Origin: a virus
Lineage: Duplodnaviria > Caudoviricetes
IMG/VR virus record: IMGVR_UViG_2902759955_000002
Location: 64,001 to 128,000 of that record
Reading direction: 5' to 3' (one strand)
Length of the DNA: 64,000 nucleotides
The notes below the pieces were generated by a model. The model was given only the letters and a program-made list of their open reading frames with translations, did no database searches and was not told the origin of the DNA. The translations under genes and the position numbers were made by a program. Below, in pieces: positions 26,998 to 36,667 of this stretch (position 1 is the stretch's first letter; every line of letters starts with the position of its first letter).

Positions 26998-27540
26998 CTA
27001 CGCCGGCGTCGTCGAGGAGGCAGGCGCTCGCTGGCGCGGCGGCTTCTCCTTGGGCAACTCAGGCGCTTTCACGCACAGCTGGATCAATAGCATCGTGACC
27101 AGCCATTTATTCGCCATCAGCAGTCCCTTGCATGCCCGCTCTTCAGCAAGCGCGTCGAGAATCGGCTGAGGCATCGCTGGGAATCCCGTTATGCCTTGGG
27201 GCATCCCCTGGCCCGAATCGCCGCTGACAGCAAACGCAAGCGATTCCACCAGATGCGCGTACCGTTCACCCGTCGCCCCCCAGCGAGAGTAGAACGTGAA
27301 GCCGAGTGTCAGGATGAAATCACGGATCTCTGGGTCCGTGAATGCAATCTCGACAGCATGGCCAATGCCATCGGCACTGGCAATCATGAAAGGCTTCTCA
27401 CGCAGCACCAGCGAGTAGACAAATTTTCCGAGTCGCTCTTGCGGCTCCGGGCTCATCGTCTTCGTGTGTCCGAACACATGGTCGAAACTGTCCACGAAGA
27501 CCGCCGCAGCGTCGGCCCATTCTTGCGGTAGAAGACTCAT
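26998..27540 (-). CDS. hypothetical protein
   Basis: ATGA-coupled to the upstream vRNAP subunit gene. Confidence 0.7.
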   Translation of the reverse strand: MSLLPQEWADAAAVFVDSFDHVFGHTKTMSPEPQERLGKFVYSLVLREKPFMIASADGIGHAVEIAFTDPEIRDFILTLGFTFYSRWGATGERYAHLVESLAFAVSGDSGQGMPQGITGFPAMPQPILDALAEERACKGLLMANKWLVTMLLIQLCVKAPELPKEKPPRQRAPASSTTPA

Positions 27541-28217
27541 GATACAAGTCCTGCAGGTTGTAGGTGCATGCTGATCAGCATGGAGTTCAGCGTCTGTGTG
27601 GACTTCACACCGCCGCGCAGATGTTCAATGGCTTTCTGCGACGCACCCCCGGTGCGCGCAAAGCTGTCATTGAGTGCGTTGAACCCCTTGGTGTCGCCAC
27701 CACGGATCGCCGTCATCTCGACAATGTTCTTGTCGAGCTTCAGCGCTGCCAGCACCTGTGTCTCCGGATACGAGATCCGCGACGCTTCCGACTTGCCAGA
27801 AGGCTGCCCCGTCAGGTCATCGACACTGCGGTTGTCTTCCGGCACGGACATCTTCTTGACCTGCAACTGCGCCTGACGACGCAAGATCATGTCGCCCACC
27901 AGGTATCGCACCGGTGAGAGATAGGGCGGGATGTCGTTGCCCGGATCAATCCAGAGCCGCTCGAAGAAGTTGTGGCCCAACTCGTCGGCAAGGTTCAGGT
28001 TGTTCGCCACCGTCACTTTCGCTTTCGCGAAGTTCGGTGCAATCACGGCAAGACGGATTTCCTTGCGGCCGAGCTTCCCCATGAAGTCATCGAACGTCTC
28101 GTCATCCATCTCAGCGAAGAGATCCTTGTAGATCTGGACGTTGCTCGTATCGCCCGGCAATAGCTTGCCGATATATTCGAGAATGAACGCCTCGCTTTCC
28201 TTACGTTTCTTTTTCAT
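27537..28217 (-). CDS. virion RNA polymerase beta C-terminal subunit (gp149-like)
   Basis: RRQAQ...KK.SVP...DDLTGQP.GKS..SRISYPE...RGGD, equivalent to the RpoB switch region (LTQQP.GG...GEME). Confidence 0.85.
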   Translation of the reverse strand: MKKKRKESEAFILEYIGKLLPGDTSNVQIYKDLFAEMDDETFDDFMGKLGRKEIRLAVIAPNFAKAKVTVANNLNLADELGHNFFERLWIDPGNDIPPYLSPVRYLVGDMILRRQAQLQVKKMSVPEDNRSVDDLTGQPSGKSEASRISYPETQVLAALKLDKNIVEMTAIRGGDTKGFNALNDSFARTGGASQKAIEHLRGGVKSTQTLNSMLISMHLQPAGLVS

Positions 28218-28728
28218 CCTTCACCCGTTTGTCCGCATCCACCAGAAAGATCGTGGGCTCGATCTCACGTCGACGTGCTTCCTCAATCATGTTTCGGGTG
28301 CCGGTGGATTTACCGTCCCAGAACACGACGAGCTTCGTCATGACGTTTGCCATCTCGGCATTGCGCTGATGCCCCGCCACGACGTTGTAATCGCGGCCAG
28401 TGCGGTGATTGCGTCGAACCACCGCACCAGGCACAGTCAGATCGTCCCACTTCGCCGGGAACTCAGTCCAGGCGAGACCATTCTCACGACACCAGCGAAT
28501 GGTCATATCATCAGCGCCAGTACGGGCCTTGCCACTGACGAAGATGAGTGAGGTACCGGGATGTTCGCGAAGGACGTAACCCTCGAGTTCCCGAACGAAC
28601 CGATCGTAGTCGTTGAAGTTCCGACTGCCTGCCACCACGATCACTTCGTCGAAGTCCGCAATCGCTTCATGCGACAGCGGTGCGTGTTCGATCAAGCCAA
28701 CAGCGGCAGCTCGTGCGTCATGATGCAT
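28201..28728 (-). CDS. SLOG-family (YspA/DUF2493-like) protein
   Basis: VAGSRNFNDY, SG.A.TGAD, AGHQRNAEM, FWDGKSTGT. Confidence 0.85.
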   Translation of the reverse strand: MHHDARAAAVGLIEHAPLSHEAIADFDEVIVVAGSRNFNDYDRFVRELEGYVLREHPGTSLIFVSGKARTGADDMTIRWCRENGLAWTEFPAKWDDLTVPGAVVRRNHRTGRDYNVVAGHQRNAEMANVMTKLVVFWDGKSTGTRNMIEEARRREIEPTIFLVDADKRVKDEKET

Positions 28729-29051
28729 GGCAGAACTCCAACGGTGAACAGGCGCTTCCAGTCGTCGACGGACCCTTCACGATCCACGAGGCTGTAACGG
28801 ACATCCATCGTGTCGATCTGCTTGACCTCGTTCAGGCGACCGATAATCACACGCCACGCGCGGTTGATCGCGAAGCGCTGATAGTTCTGGTCTTCCAATG
28901 AATCTACGCCGGCCTGGAGGTGCTTCAGCCAGTCGTGCGGGCGCGGGTGTCCCTTCTCCTGCAACAGCTCGGTGACCCAGGTCACGAGGTTGGAGGATGG
29001 TGGATTACTTTGCTCCGATATCTCGGAGTTTTTCTCTACATCATGAGTCAT
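28692..29051 (-). CDS. hypothetical protein
   Basis: 119-aa ORF in the operon. Confidence 0.65.
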   Translation of the reverse strand: MTHDVEKNSEISEQSNPPSSNLVTWVTELLQEKGHPRPHDWLKHLQAGVDSLEDQNYQRFAINRAWRVIIGRLNEVKQIDTMDVRYSLVDREGSVDDWKRLFTVGVLPCIMTHELPLLA

Positions 29052-29131
29052 GGCAGTATTTATTACCCAGTAATCTTATTAATCACGCTAAATGGCGCAT
29101 TTTTAATGACGCCATTTAGATTTCAGTGCGG

Positions 29132-29476
29132 TTATTCAGCAGTGGGCTGTTTCGCTTTCCACTCTTTGTAGTAGGCGAGGGCGCTGCCTTCCGGCAGGGA
29201 TTCAAACCGGCCGTCTTCCATCTGTTCCTGTGAACGGTGCGCCGTACGACCGTCGACCATCAGGTAGGCGTAGGAATCTTTCCAGCCATCGCCTTCCTTC
29301 TTCACGTTCTCGTTGGGCAGCCCGGTGATGATGTACACGCCACCTGTCTCCAGATGGCGCACCTCTTCGCCGATGCGGAACCTGAACAAGCCCGACGTGG
29401 CATCGAGCTGGATCGTGAGCTGCTGTTGCAGGTACGGGTGCACCCCAGCGATCTGCTGGCGCTTTGCGTCATCCAT
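29132..29476 (-). CDS. hypothetical protein (DUF1653/SH3-like)
   Basis: VRHLETGGVYII...AY...R..MEDGRF; GAGG RBS. Confidence 0.6.
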   Translation of the reverse strand: MDDAKRQQIAGVHPYLQQQLTIQLDATSGLFRFRIGEEVRHLETGGVYIITGLPNENVKKEGDGWKDSYAYLMVDGRTAHRSQEQMEDGRFESLPEGSALAYYKEWKAKQPTAE

Positions 29477-29486
29477 GGTGTTTTCC

Positions 29487-30992
29487 TCAGGCCGCAGCCA
29501 GGTAAGTGAAGCCGTCGCGTTCCGCGCAGCGCTGGATCAGATCGAGGTACTGCGGCAACGGCTTCTTGTCTTCGCCCATCCAGTACGGGAAGTAGTGGTC
29601 GCGATCTTCCTTCGGCAGCGTCATGCGCAGCAGATCCATCGTCGAGAGGAAGGGCAACTCGTGTTGCTCGCCGTGTTCGTGCGTCCACCAGCCGCGGGTC
29701 GTCAGCAGAATGCTCCAGTCGAAGCCATCCGCTTTCAGCTTCTCGTAGAGATCCTTCGGGGCAATCTTGAACTCGGGACGCAGCGTGTGCCACAGGTAGC
29801 TCATCTGGCACATCTCGGAGGTGATGTTCAGTGCCCGGCGCAGCATCGGGTCGCTGTCGATCTTGCGCCGCACCGTGGTGCGCTGCAGTTTGACCTCCGG
29901 ATAGATCGCGAGGCTGTAGTTGATGTTGTTGCCTTCCAGCCCGAAACGACCCTGCTCCTTGATGTGGTGGAACTCGGTAAGCGACGGCAGCACGCCTTCC
30001 TTCTGGGAGACGATGAGCGTGAACGCCATGCCCGACACACCTGACTTCGAGCGCAGGTTACGGATCTGCACTGTGTTCAGGTCGGTATCGAGCTTGAGCG
30101 TGTCGTCCTGGTTCCGTGGGTATTCCGGCGCGCGGTTGCTGTCGAAGAGCGGTGCCGAGTTGAAGCAGTGCCAGAGATTGTGCGTGATGAAGGTGAACTT
30201 GTCGGTCACGCCCTTGATCTTGTCGCCGTTCTTCAGGTGCTTGAGCTTCTGGATCGGTACCGAGCCAGCGGGACCAGCGTTTTGCAGCGTCGATTCCTTG
30301 CCGAGGTGGGCCACCATCTGCAGGTAGTCGTAGGCCTGACCATGCAGGCGCGGAGCTTCCATCAGGATCCGGGTCTTGGCCAGACCCTGACGTTGGTGGA
30401 TCATGTTCCCGCCGCCTTCACCCAGATCGTTCTTGTCCTGCATCTCGATCACGTCGCTCGTCTCGAATTCCGAGAACGAGTCGATCTCGGTGAACGTCGG
30501 GATGAGCATGGTGAACGCACCCGTGCGCTCCCGGTTCCAGAAGGGCGTATTGACAACGATGTCCTTACGCTTGACCTTCTCCTCGAGCTCCTTTTTGTGC
30601 TCCTTGTACCACTCGTCGCCAACGTAGACCGTCTTGTCGGTAATGGACCAGCGGCCAGTGTCGAGCACATCTTCGCCGTGGAAGGCTTCGATCCGCGATA
30701 CCACTTCACGCTGGTGATCTTCGTGGATGTTCACTTCGGTGTCGTACGTCTTCCCAGTCGAAAACATCATGCGCGACATAGCCGTCAGCGTCTGGAAGTG
30801 TTCGAAGGTGGACTTGAAGTTGTTACCAATCCCCGTGTAGCCCGTGATGGCAGCAAGGCCACCGTTGAGCACCGATTCGTTTCGGCGCCCCTTGATGTAA
30901 TGCCCGGTGCTGATATCGAGCCCCGCGCCGATATTGATCATCAATTTGATGTGGGCCGCAGGGGTCAGTTTTGTTCGGAGGTCAATTTGCAT
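29487..30992 (-). CDS. uvsX: UvsX/RecA-like recombinase (phiKZ gp152-like)
   Basis: NIGAGLDISTG, NGGL, Walker A-like GIGNNFKST, IDSFSEF, RSKSG. Confidence 0.8.
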   Translation of the reverse strand: MQIDLRTKLTPAAHIKLMINIGAGLDISTGHYIKGRRNESVLNGGLAAITGYTGIGNNFKSTFEHFQTLTAMSRMMFSTGKTYDTEVNIHEDHQREVVSRIEAFHGEDVLDTGRWSITDKTVYVGDEWYKEHKKELEEKVKRKDIVVNTPFWNRERTGAFTMLIPTFTEIDSFSEFETSDVIEMQDKNDLGEGGGNMIHQRQGLAKTRILMEAPRLHGQAYDYLQMVAHLGKESTLQNAGPAGSVPIQKLKHLKNGDKIKGVTDKFTFITHNLWHCFNSAPLFDSNRAPEYPRNQDDTLKLDTDLNTVQIRNLRSKSGVSGMAFTLIVSQKEGVLPSLTEFHHIKEQGRFGLEGNNINYSLAIYPEVKLQRTTVRRKIDSDPMLRRALNITSEMCQMSYLWHTLRPEFKIAPKDLYEKLKADGFDWSILLTTRGWWTHEHGEQHELPFLSTMDLLRMTLPKEDRDHYFPYWMGEDKKPLPQYLDLIQRCAERDGFTYLAAA

Positions 30993-31068
30993 TGTCGAGT
31001 TGCTCGTACATAGCCCTATGAAAAGGCGTTGGTTTTCTGACGGCGTTTCAAACAATGGCTCGACCAAA

Positions 31069-31080
31069 GTAATTTTATAG
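31069..31080 (-). promoter_or_regulatory. putative middle promoter motif
   Basis: Minus strand CTATAAAATTAC, identical 12-mer at 35160-35171; resembles the phiKZ middle consensus AAanntTAC. Confidence 0.5.
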
Positions 31081-31118
31081 CGCAGCTCTGCCTGTTCTTT
31101 TTATCTCCGGACAACTAC

Positions 31119-31940
31119 ATGACAACCCTGCTTGAGAACCAACGCGCCGTGGTGGCGCTCGAAGCGTTTGCCCTGGAAGACATCACTGGTCTCTTGCACC
31201 GGGTGTTCCCTGCGATTCACCAAGGCTTTCGTACCCTCTACGACGAACTGATCTCCCCCAATGATCAGAGCGTGGCGCCGCTCACGGCTGACCAGGCGAA
31301 ATTCCTCAAGCTGATCACAGGCCGCAACTACATCTCCATCTCGCCGCTGCCTGCTCGGGTGCCGGAAGGGCTGAAGGTGCCGTTCCTGGTCTACGGAGAG
31401 GCGCTGACCACAGCGAGCAACCATGCCGCGAAGATCCTCGACGAGCTCTCTGTTTTCACGCTCTTTCTGGGAAAGCTCATCAACGAGCACACCTACCAGT
31501 ACGGCACCGACTACAACCCAGCCTTCTACAGCAAGATGCGCATCGCCCGCGTGCTGGACAATAAGCAACTGGGCGCCTGCTTTCAGCCGGGATCGACCAA
31601 AGCCGAACGCACCTTCGGCGACGTCGTCGGTCGTAACGCAGACTGGCGCAGTGTCTTCGAAGTCGCGAATCTGGTGAGTGCGACGATCGAAACCGTGAAC
31701 CGTCGTACGGTCTTGAAGAAGATCGAGGAAGCGGGCCAGCTGCTAGATGTGCTGGAAAAGAAGATCGCGCGCAAGGAACTCGACGGCATCACGCCGGAGA
31801 TGATCACCTCGCTCTCGGCCGGTGCCTACGAGATGGGTGAACAACTGGAGATGTACAGTGCGGTCTGGTACAAGGTGCAGGCTTTCGTCACGGCTGTTAA
31901 CGAATGCACCCAGGTGGTCAACCGTGCCTTTGACCGGTAA
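31119..31940 (+). CDS. virion head protein (gp153-like)
   Basis: N-terminal ALEAFALE protease-site motifs; divergent from uvsX as in phiKZ. Confidence 0.7.
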   Translation: MTTLLENQRAVVALEAFALEDITGLLHRVFPAIHQGFRTLYDELISPNDQSVAPLTADQAKFLKLITGRNYISISPLPARVPEGLKVPFLVYGEALTTASNHAAKILDELSVFTLFLGKLINEHTYQYGTDYNPAFYSKMRIARVLDNKQLGACFQPGSTKAERTFGDVVGRNADWRSVFEVANLVSATIETVNRRTVLKKIEEAGQLLDVLEKKIARKELDGITPEMITSLSAGAYEMGEQLEMYSAVWYKVQAFVTAVNECTQVVNRAFDR

Positions 31941-31945
31941 GCGAA

Positions 31946-31997
31946 CGGCATAAGAGCCAGAGGAGACCCGCGAAGGTCTCCTCTGGCTTGTATGACG
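31946..31997. terminator. bidirectional CATA-hairpin-TATG element
   Basis: CGGCATA..AGCCAGAGGAGACC/GGTCTCCTCTGGCT..TATGACG. Confidence 0.7.
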
Positions 31998-32007
31998 CTT
32001 GGGGGGG

Positions 32008-32478
32008 TTATGCCTGAACGGTACCCCAGTTGTGCAGGAGTTGGCCGACGTCTTGCGCCATCTTGCCTTCATCGTCATAACGCATCCACTGAGGCATGAC
32101 GGACACAACACGAGCTCCCAACCCCCGAACGTCCCTGGGTTCATGCAAGGTCTTGATGTTGACCTCCACGCCCAAGTCCAACGGACGGTTGCGCCAGATA
32201 GCGCGGCTGATATACACCGGGAAACGGAGGGCGGCGTCGTCGCTCGAGAGCTCCAGGATCTTGTTCAGCTTGTGCAGCATTTCGCCGTTGATTTCCTGGG
32301 GAGCCTTGAGTTGCGCCGAAAGCGAAGCAAGGAACAACAAACGCTTCATACGTGCGGATAAACGTCGGTCCAGAAATGACGAGCAACGCGCACGAATGAC
32401 GCTGTTGACACGATACATTGAAGAACTCCGTAATGACGCAGCACTACGCTGAGCGTGTGGTGTGGTGGTTGTTTGCAT
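32008..32478 (-). CDS. hypothetical protein
   Basis: ORF downstream of RNase H; start uncertain. Confidence 0.6.
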   Translation of the reverse strand: MQTTTTPHAQRSAASLRSSSMYRVNSVIRARCSSFLDRRLSARMKRLLFLASLSAQLKAPQEINGEMLHKLNKILELSSDDAALRFPVYISRAIWRNRPLDLGVEVNIKTLHEPRDVRGLGARVVSVMPQWMRYDDEGKMAQDVGQLLHNWGTVQA

Positions 32479-32515
32479 AGCGCTTTTGTGCGTCTTGAAA
32501 AGGATGAAGATGAGG

Positions 32516-34150
32516 TTACGCGACAATCCTCAAGTTGCTGTAGACGCCCGCATAGATCCCGACATCCCCTTCCGCTTCCACGACCGTGGCGTAGCGAAAT
32601 GCCTGAGGTGACTCGGGCCAGGTGATGAGGGTGACTTTCGGCAAGCGTTTTTCCAGCCGCTTGAGAGAGTTCCGGTTCAGCAGATCGATGCTCAGAGTCA
32701 ACGTCACCGGGACCTGCGCAATTTGATCTCCGACTTTGCGGTTCGCCTGTACTTCCAGAGCGGCAAACCCGACCACAAACTGCGGTCGCAATTCGTAGGT
32801 CAAGACGGTCTCACCCTTTTTGCCAACAGGTTTTTCACGCGCCTCATAAAGAATACCGGTCAGATCGGTGCACGTAACGAACGCATCTCCCGACTTGTAC
32901 ATATCCAGCTTGTCGGCCAGATCGGAGAGCGCGTTCACAGCACGCATGGCGATACGCTCGGGTCGCAGCTCGCGCAGGAGTGGCTTGCGTCGCCCCCCAG
33001 CACCCGGTTCTTCATCGAGGCAGTTGAGATCCAGCCGGCTATGTTTCTCACGCGGCATGGCGATATCGCCATAGCGCATCAGTTCCTTATGGGTGCCGCC
33101 TGAGAAGAGCTGATCGAGCCGCAACATCACGAGCGAGTCCATCCCGCTGGCCATCCGGGTGACGTGGTCTCGGACAAGCTCGATCGCAGGATCCGGCTCC
33201 TGAATTCGCACCACCGAATAGGCGCCATCGCTAATGCGCTTGCCCAGCATTTCGTCTTCGGTGCCGTGCTCCCCCAGATAGTACTCACCCGGCTTGTGAT
33301 ACTCCGCCAGTGTGTTGAAGTACATCCGGCGGCTCGCGATCATCGGATGGCGATCAGCGTCGTACTTCCAGTAGCCTTCCGGCACGGTCGTCGTGATGTC
33401 CGAGCGTGAGATGTGTTGCTGCGCAAGCTCCACACCGATCGTCGCCGACTTGTCCGCGTCTTCGTTGCCGAGGTGACCGTTGTGACCTTTCACCCACGCA
33501 AACTTCACCTCCACGCCCCGGTCGAGCAAGCGCTGACGCACCTCGTAGATATCTTTCCAGAGTTCCACGTTGGAGGGCGCCTCACCGTTGGCCTTGAGCC
33601 ATCCATTGCGACGCCACCCATCCATCCAACCTTCCATGCCCTTGCGGACATACTCGCTGTCGGTGGTGACCAGCACACGTTTGAGGTCGTAGTTGAGGGC
33701 GTGTTCGAGCGCGCGTGTGGCAGCCATCAGTTCACCGACATTGTTCGTCGGTTTCTTCGCCTGGTCCAGCACGAGGATAGAACCGTACCCATCCACGTAA
33801 TGGATGGGCGTGACCTCCACGACGTTCGTCCGCTTGGCTGCCTCGCTCTTGGCAAGGTAGCCTTTGGCAGTCAGGATCCAGTTCGGATTGCCTGCGCCTT
33901 TCTTCGGTTTCTCGTCCGAATAAAGAAAGCCGTGAATACCCCAGCCACTTGGGCCGGGGTTGGGTTTGGCTCCGCCGTCCGCGTAAAGGGCCATGCCGCA
34001 CGTAGCGACCGGTGTTTCGGGCAGCGCGATACCGCTGAGCTTTCCCTTGCCTGGGGCTAAGATCTGCTCGACGAACGCAGGGACACCCAACCCGATCTGG
34101 ACGCTCGCGTCCTCCATCGATACTTCTACATCTGCAATGATTTCGCTCAC
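32516..34150 (-). CDS. rnhA: ribonuclease HI with C-terminal extension (gp155-like)
   Basis: YADGG...NPGPSGWG, TNNVGEL.AA, TDSEYV..G...W...W, WVKGHNGHLGNEDAD. Confidence 0.9.
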   Translation of the reverse strand: MSEIIADVEVSMEDASVQIGLGVPAFVEQILAPGKGKLSGIALPETPVATCGMALYADGGAKPNPGPSGWGIHGFLYSDEKPKKGAGNPNWILTAKGYLAKSEAAKRTNVVEVTPIHYVDGYGSILVLDQAKKPTNNVGELMAATRALEHALNYDLKRVLVTTDSEYVRKGMEGWMDGWRRNGWLKANGEAPSNVELWKDIYEVRQRLLDRGVEVKFAWVKGHNGHLGNEDADKSATIGVELAQQHISRSDITTTVPEGYWKYDADRHPMIASRRMYFNTLAEYHKPGEYYLGEHGTEDEMLGKRISDGAYSVVRIQEPDPAIELVRDHVTRMASGMDSLVMLRLDQLFSGGTHKELMRYGDIAMPREKHSRLDLNCLDEEPGAGGRRKPLLRELRPERIAMRAVNALSDLADKLDMYKSGDAFVTCTDLTGILYEAREKPVGKKGETVLTYELRPQFVVGFAALEVQANRKVGDQIAQVPVTLTLSIDLLNRNSLKRLEKRLPKVTLITWPESPQAFRYATVVEAEGDVGIYAGVYSNLRIVA

Positions 34151-34214
34151 GTTCGTGGACCTATGGTGTCTTTGACTACACCATTCGCGGCGCACGTCAA
34201 AAAATGCCGGAGCC

Positions 34215-34694
34215 TTATTTGGGCAATGGGGCAGGTGCTTTCTGGAAGTCATCGCAGCGTTTCAGGTAAGCCCGATACGCCTTGGTCTGAGCGACGCTTT
34301 CAGCGCGCACGTACTCCTGCAGCGCTGCGATATAGCCACGCTCAATGTCATTGATGGCCTTCGTGTCATCCGGCCGGGTTGCCTGCAACTGGGCAAGCGG
34401 CGCGATGGGCTGCACGGTGGGGGTGGGTGGACGGTAGGCCGGGCAAACTCCCGCAGTGCGCTCCGGTACCGGCACGATCACCGGGACAGGGGTTACTGCA
34501 GGCTTCGCATTCGGGTCGACGATCTGATCTTTGGGGATGAGTACGATCACCCCACTCAGGTGATTTCCGTCCACGCCCTTGACAGTGCTCAGCTCATCGG
34601 GGGTCAGCCCTACGTAGCGCGAGCCGTTGAAGCTATTGCAGCCCGAGAGACTGAGCAAGCCTACGGCCAAGACGGTCTGGATGAATGTCTTCAT
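34215..34694 (-). CDS. lipoprotein (o-spanin-like)
   Basis: Signal peptide with lipobox LSGC; Pro-rich CPAYRPPTP; C-terminal Cys. Confidence 0.6.
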   Translation of the reverse strand: MKTFIQTVLAVGLLSLSGCNSFNGSRYVGLTPDELSTVKGVDGNHLSGVIVLIPKDQIVDPNAKPAVTPVPVIVPVPERTAGVCPAYRPPTPTVQPIAPLAQLQATRPDDTKAINDIERGYIAALQEYVRAESVAQTKAYRAYLKRCDDFQKAPAPLPK

Positions 34695-34718
34695 GGTGGA
34701 ATTCCTGAAAGTTGGTTT

Positions 34719-35141
34719 TCAGTGCTTGACTGGCTTCGCGCCAAAGAGGGACTCAAGACCTTGGTAGTTCTCCAGCTGCGCGTTGGTGGCCGCGTCCGAA
34801 GCCGGCTGCACGGCGCTGGCGCTTGCAGGGACCGTGGGTTCCGCATCGTCGTCCTCAGCATCGGGCTCGCCGCGCGTGTCCTGAGGCAACTGCTTCTGCT
34901 TGGAGAGATGGTCGTAGGCGTTCTGGAGCTGCACATATTTATCCAGCAGCGTTACCAGACGAATGTCAGACCAGATATTGAGGACGTTGAAGGTGATGCT
35001 CGCCATGACGGCGATGCTGAAGATAGCGCGCCGGCGATTGGCGCGAAATGCTTCGCGCAAGCTCTTGCCTTCCAGCACCATTTCTTTGACGAAGGGCCAT
35101 GCGCTCCATACGAGCTTAAAGATGAACTCGATAAGGTTCAT
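34719..35141 (-). CDS. membrane protein
   Basis: Hydrophobic N-terminus and TM segment AIFSIAVMASITFNVLNIW. Confidence 0.6.
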   Translation of the reverse strand: MNLIEFIFKLVWSAWPFVKEMVLEGKSLREAFRANRRRAIFSIAVMASITFNVLNIWSDIRLVTLLDKYVQLQNAYDHLSKQKQLPQDTRGEPDAEDDDAEPTVPASASAVQPASDAATNAQLENYQGLESLFGAKPVKH

Positions 35142-35159
35142 AGGTCGACCCCGTAGTAG

Positions 35160-35171
35160 GTAATTTTATAG
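35160..35171 (-). promoter_or_regulatory. putative middle promoter motif
   Basis: CTATAAAATTAC on the minus strand upstream of the RNase H operon. Confidence 0.5.
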
Positions 35172-35236
35172 TCTGGATGCAACTATCGAGATGGGCTTAC
35201 CCCCATCTCAGCGCGATCTCACGGAGAGAGAACACG

Positions 35237-36652
35237 ATGTACACGCTTAAAGGCTTTATCAATAACGCGGCGTTTGTGAACAACACGCCAGGCTCGACTG
35301 CGGTCATCGGGGAACTCTCAACGCAATCGAGTACGTACTCGCTCAGCAAGGGCTATTACTCGGATGACAGCGTCGCGGATCTCTCGCTCGTGAGTTTCTT
35401 GAGCCAGGATTCCGCCACGGGTGCAATCGAAGCGCCTGCCGACATCGCGCTGCAGGTGCTGCAGATCGCAGCGTTTGTGTATGCGCAGACGCAGGCCACA
35501 CCCAATCCCGGTCAGATCGCCTCCACCACGCTGCTTGCGAGCCTGCTCGCGCAGTTTCAGACGAGCGCAGGCAACTTCACCTGCGGCACGATGGTGACGG
35601 ATGGAACCTACTGGGTACCACAGTGGCTGGCGTGGGAGAACACGACCGATACGACGTACGGGTCTGTCGCCACGAGTGATGCGAATTCGAACGAGATCAA
35701 GATCTGGTTCACGGACGCAGCGTTCAACGCCCAGTACGATGAATACGACATCGTGGTCGTGCCGCCGATGGCAACGCTCGACAATTTCTTTACGACCGCG
35801 TCGAATGTGAATGCGTTGCTGAGCGCGCAGACCTTCGTCGACACGATGACGCTGATCCAGACGGCAAAGGGCAACAACCCGGAGTCGCTCCTGGAAGCGG
35901 AGTCATACAACTACGTCGATCCGACGGACGCGACGAATTTGATTGCGACGAACTGGACGGTGCTGATTTACGGCATTGCCGGCAACACGGTGGACGCGAT
36001 TGCTGAAGCCATCATCGACTACGTCCTCGCGAACAGCTCGCACACGCAGGCAGAGTGGACGGCGATTCTGCCGGACCTTTTCAAGCGCACCGAGTTCACG
36101 CTCGTTCCGATGTGGGACCAGACAGCGATCGCTGCAAAGACAGGTGGACTGCCGGTGTATTCCCCGGTGGCCAATCCGTCCCGCGCGCTGGCGATGATGA
36201 CGGAAGTGGCAAGCACGTACACGGATGATCATATTAATTCCAATACGTGCGTCCAAACGTTCCCCTACAACAACATTGCGCTGATCAGCTGCGGCTCGCC
36301 GAACAACGCCAATGCGGCGTATCAGCTCGAAGATGTCTTCCCGGACATCCTGTCTGTGTCTTCCCAAAGCCTCGATTTCGGACGTCAGGCGGTGACCACG
36401 CAGGACTTCGTGCTGCTGGTGGCCAGCATGTTGGCCGCCGCAGAAACCATGACGGAATACGGCAGTCCCCCGACGGGCATGACCACGCTCACGCGGAACA
36501 ACATCCTGTATCTGGTTGCGACCTACGACGCGATCAACTACCTGATGGTGGTCAAAGCCAACTTCCCGCTGGCCAATGTATCGACCTTCGGCGCCGATGG
36601 TGTCTACGTGGCACCGACAACAGACGGCAGCAGCACAACAACCACGAGCTAA
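35237..36652 (+). CDS. virion structural protein (gp157-like)
   Basis: MYTLKGF...IGELS; IWF.D.AF..QYDEYDI; W..ILPDLFKRTEF..VPMW. Confidence 0.75.
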   Translation: MYTLKGFINNAAFVNNTPGSTAVIGELSTQSSTYSLSKGYYSDDSVADLSLVSFLSQDSATGAIEAPADIALQVLQIAAFVYAQTQATPNPGQIASTTLLASLLAQFQTSAGNFTCGTMVTDGTYWVPQWLAWENTTDTTYGSVATSDANSNEIKIWFTDAAFNAQYDEYDIVVVPPMATLDNFFTTASNVNALLSAQTFVDTMTLIQTAKGNNPESLLEAESYNYVDPTDATNLIATNWTVLIYGIAGNTVDAIAEAIIDYVLANSSHTQAEWTAILPDLFKRTEFTLVPMWDQTAIAAKTGGLPVYSPVANPSRALAMMTEVASTYTDDHINSNTCVQTFPYNNIALISCGSPNNANAAYQLEDVFPDILSVSSQSLDFGRQAVTTQDFVLLVASMLAAAETMTEYGSPPTGMTTLTRNNILYLVATYDAINYLMVVKANFPLANVSTFGADGVYVAPTTDGSSTTTTS

Positions 36653-36667
36653 TAGAACAGGGCTACC

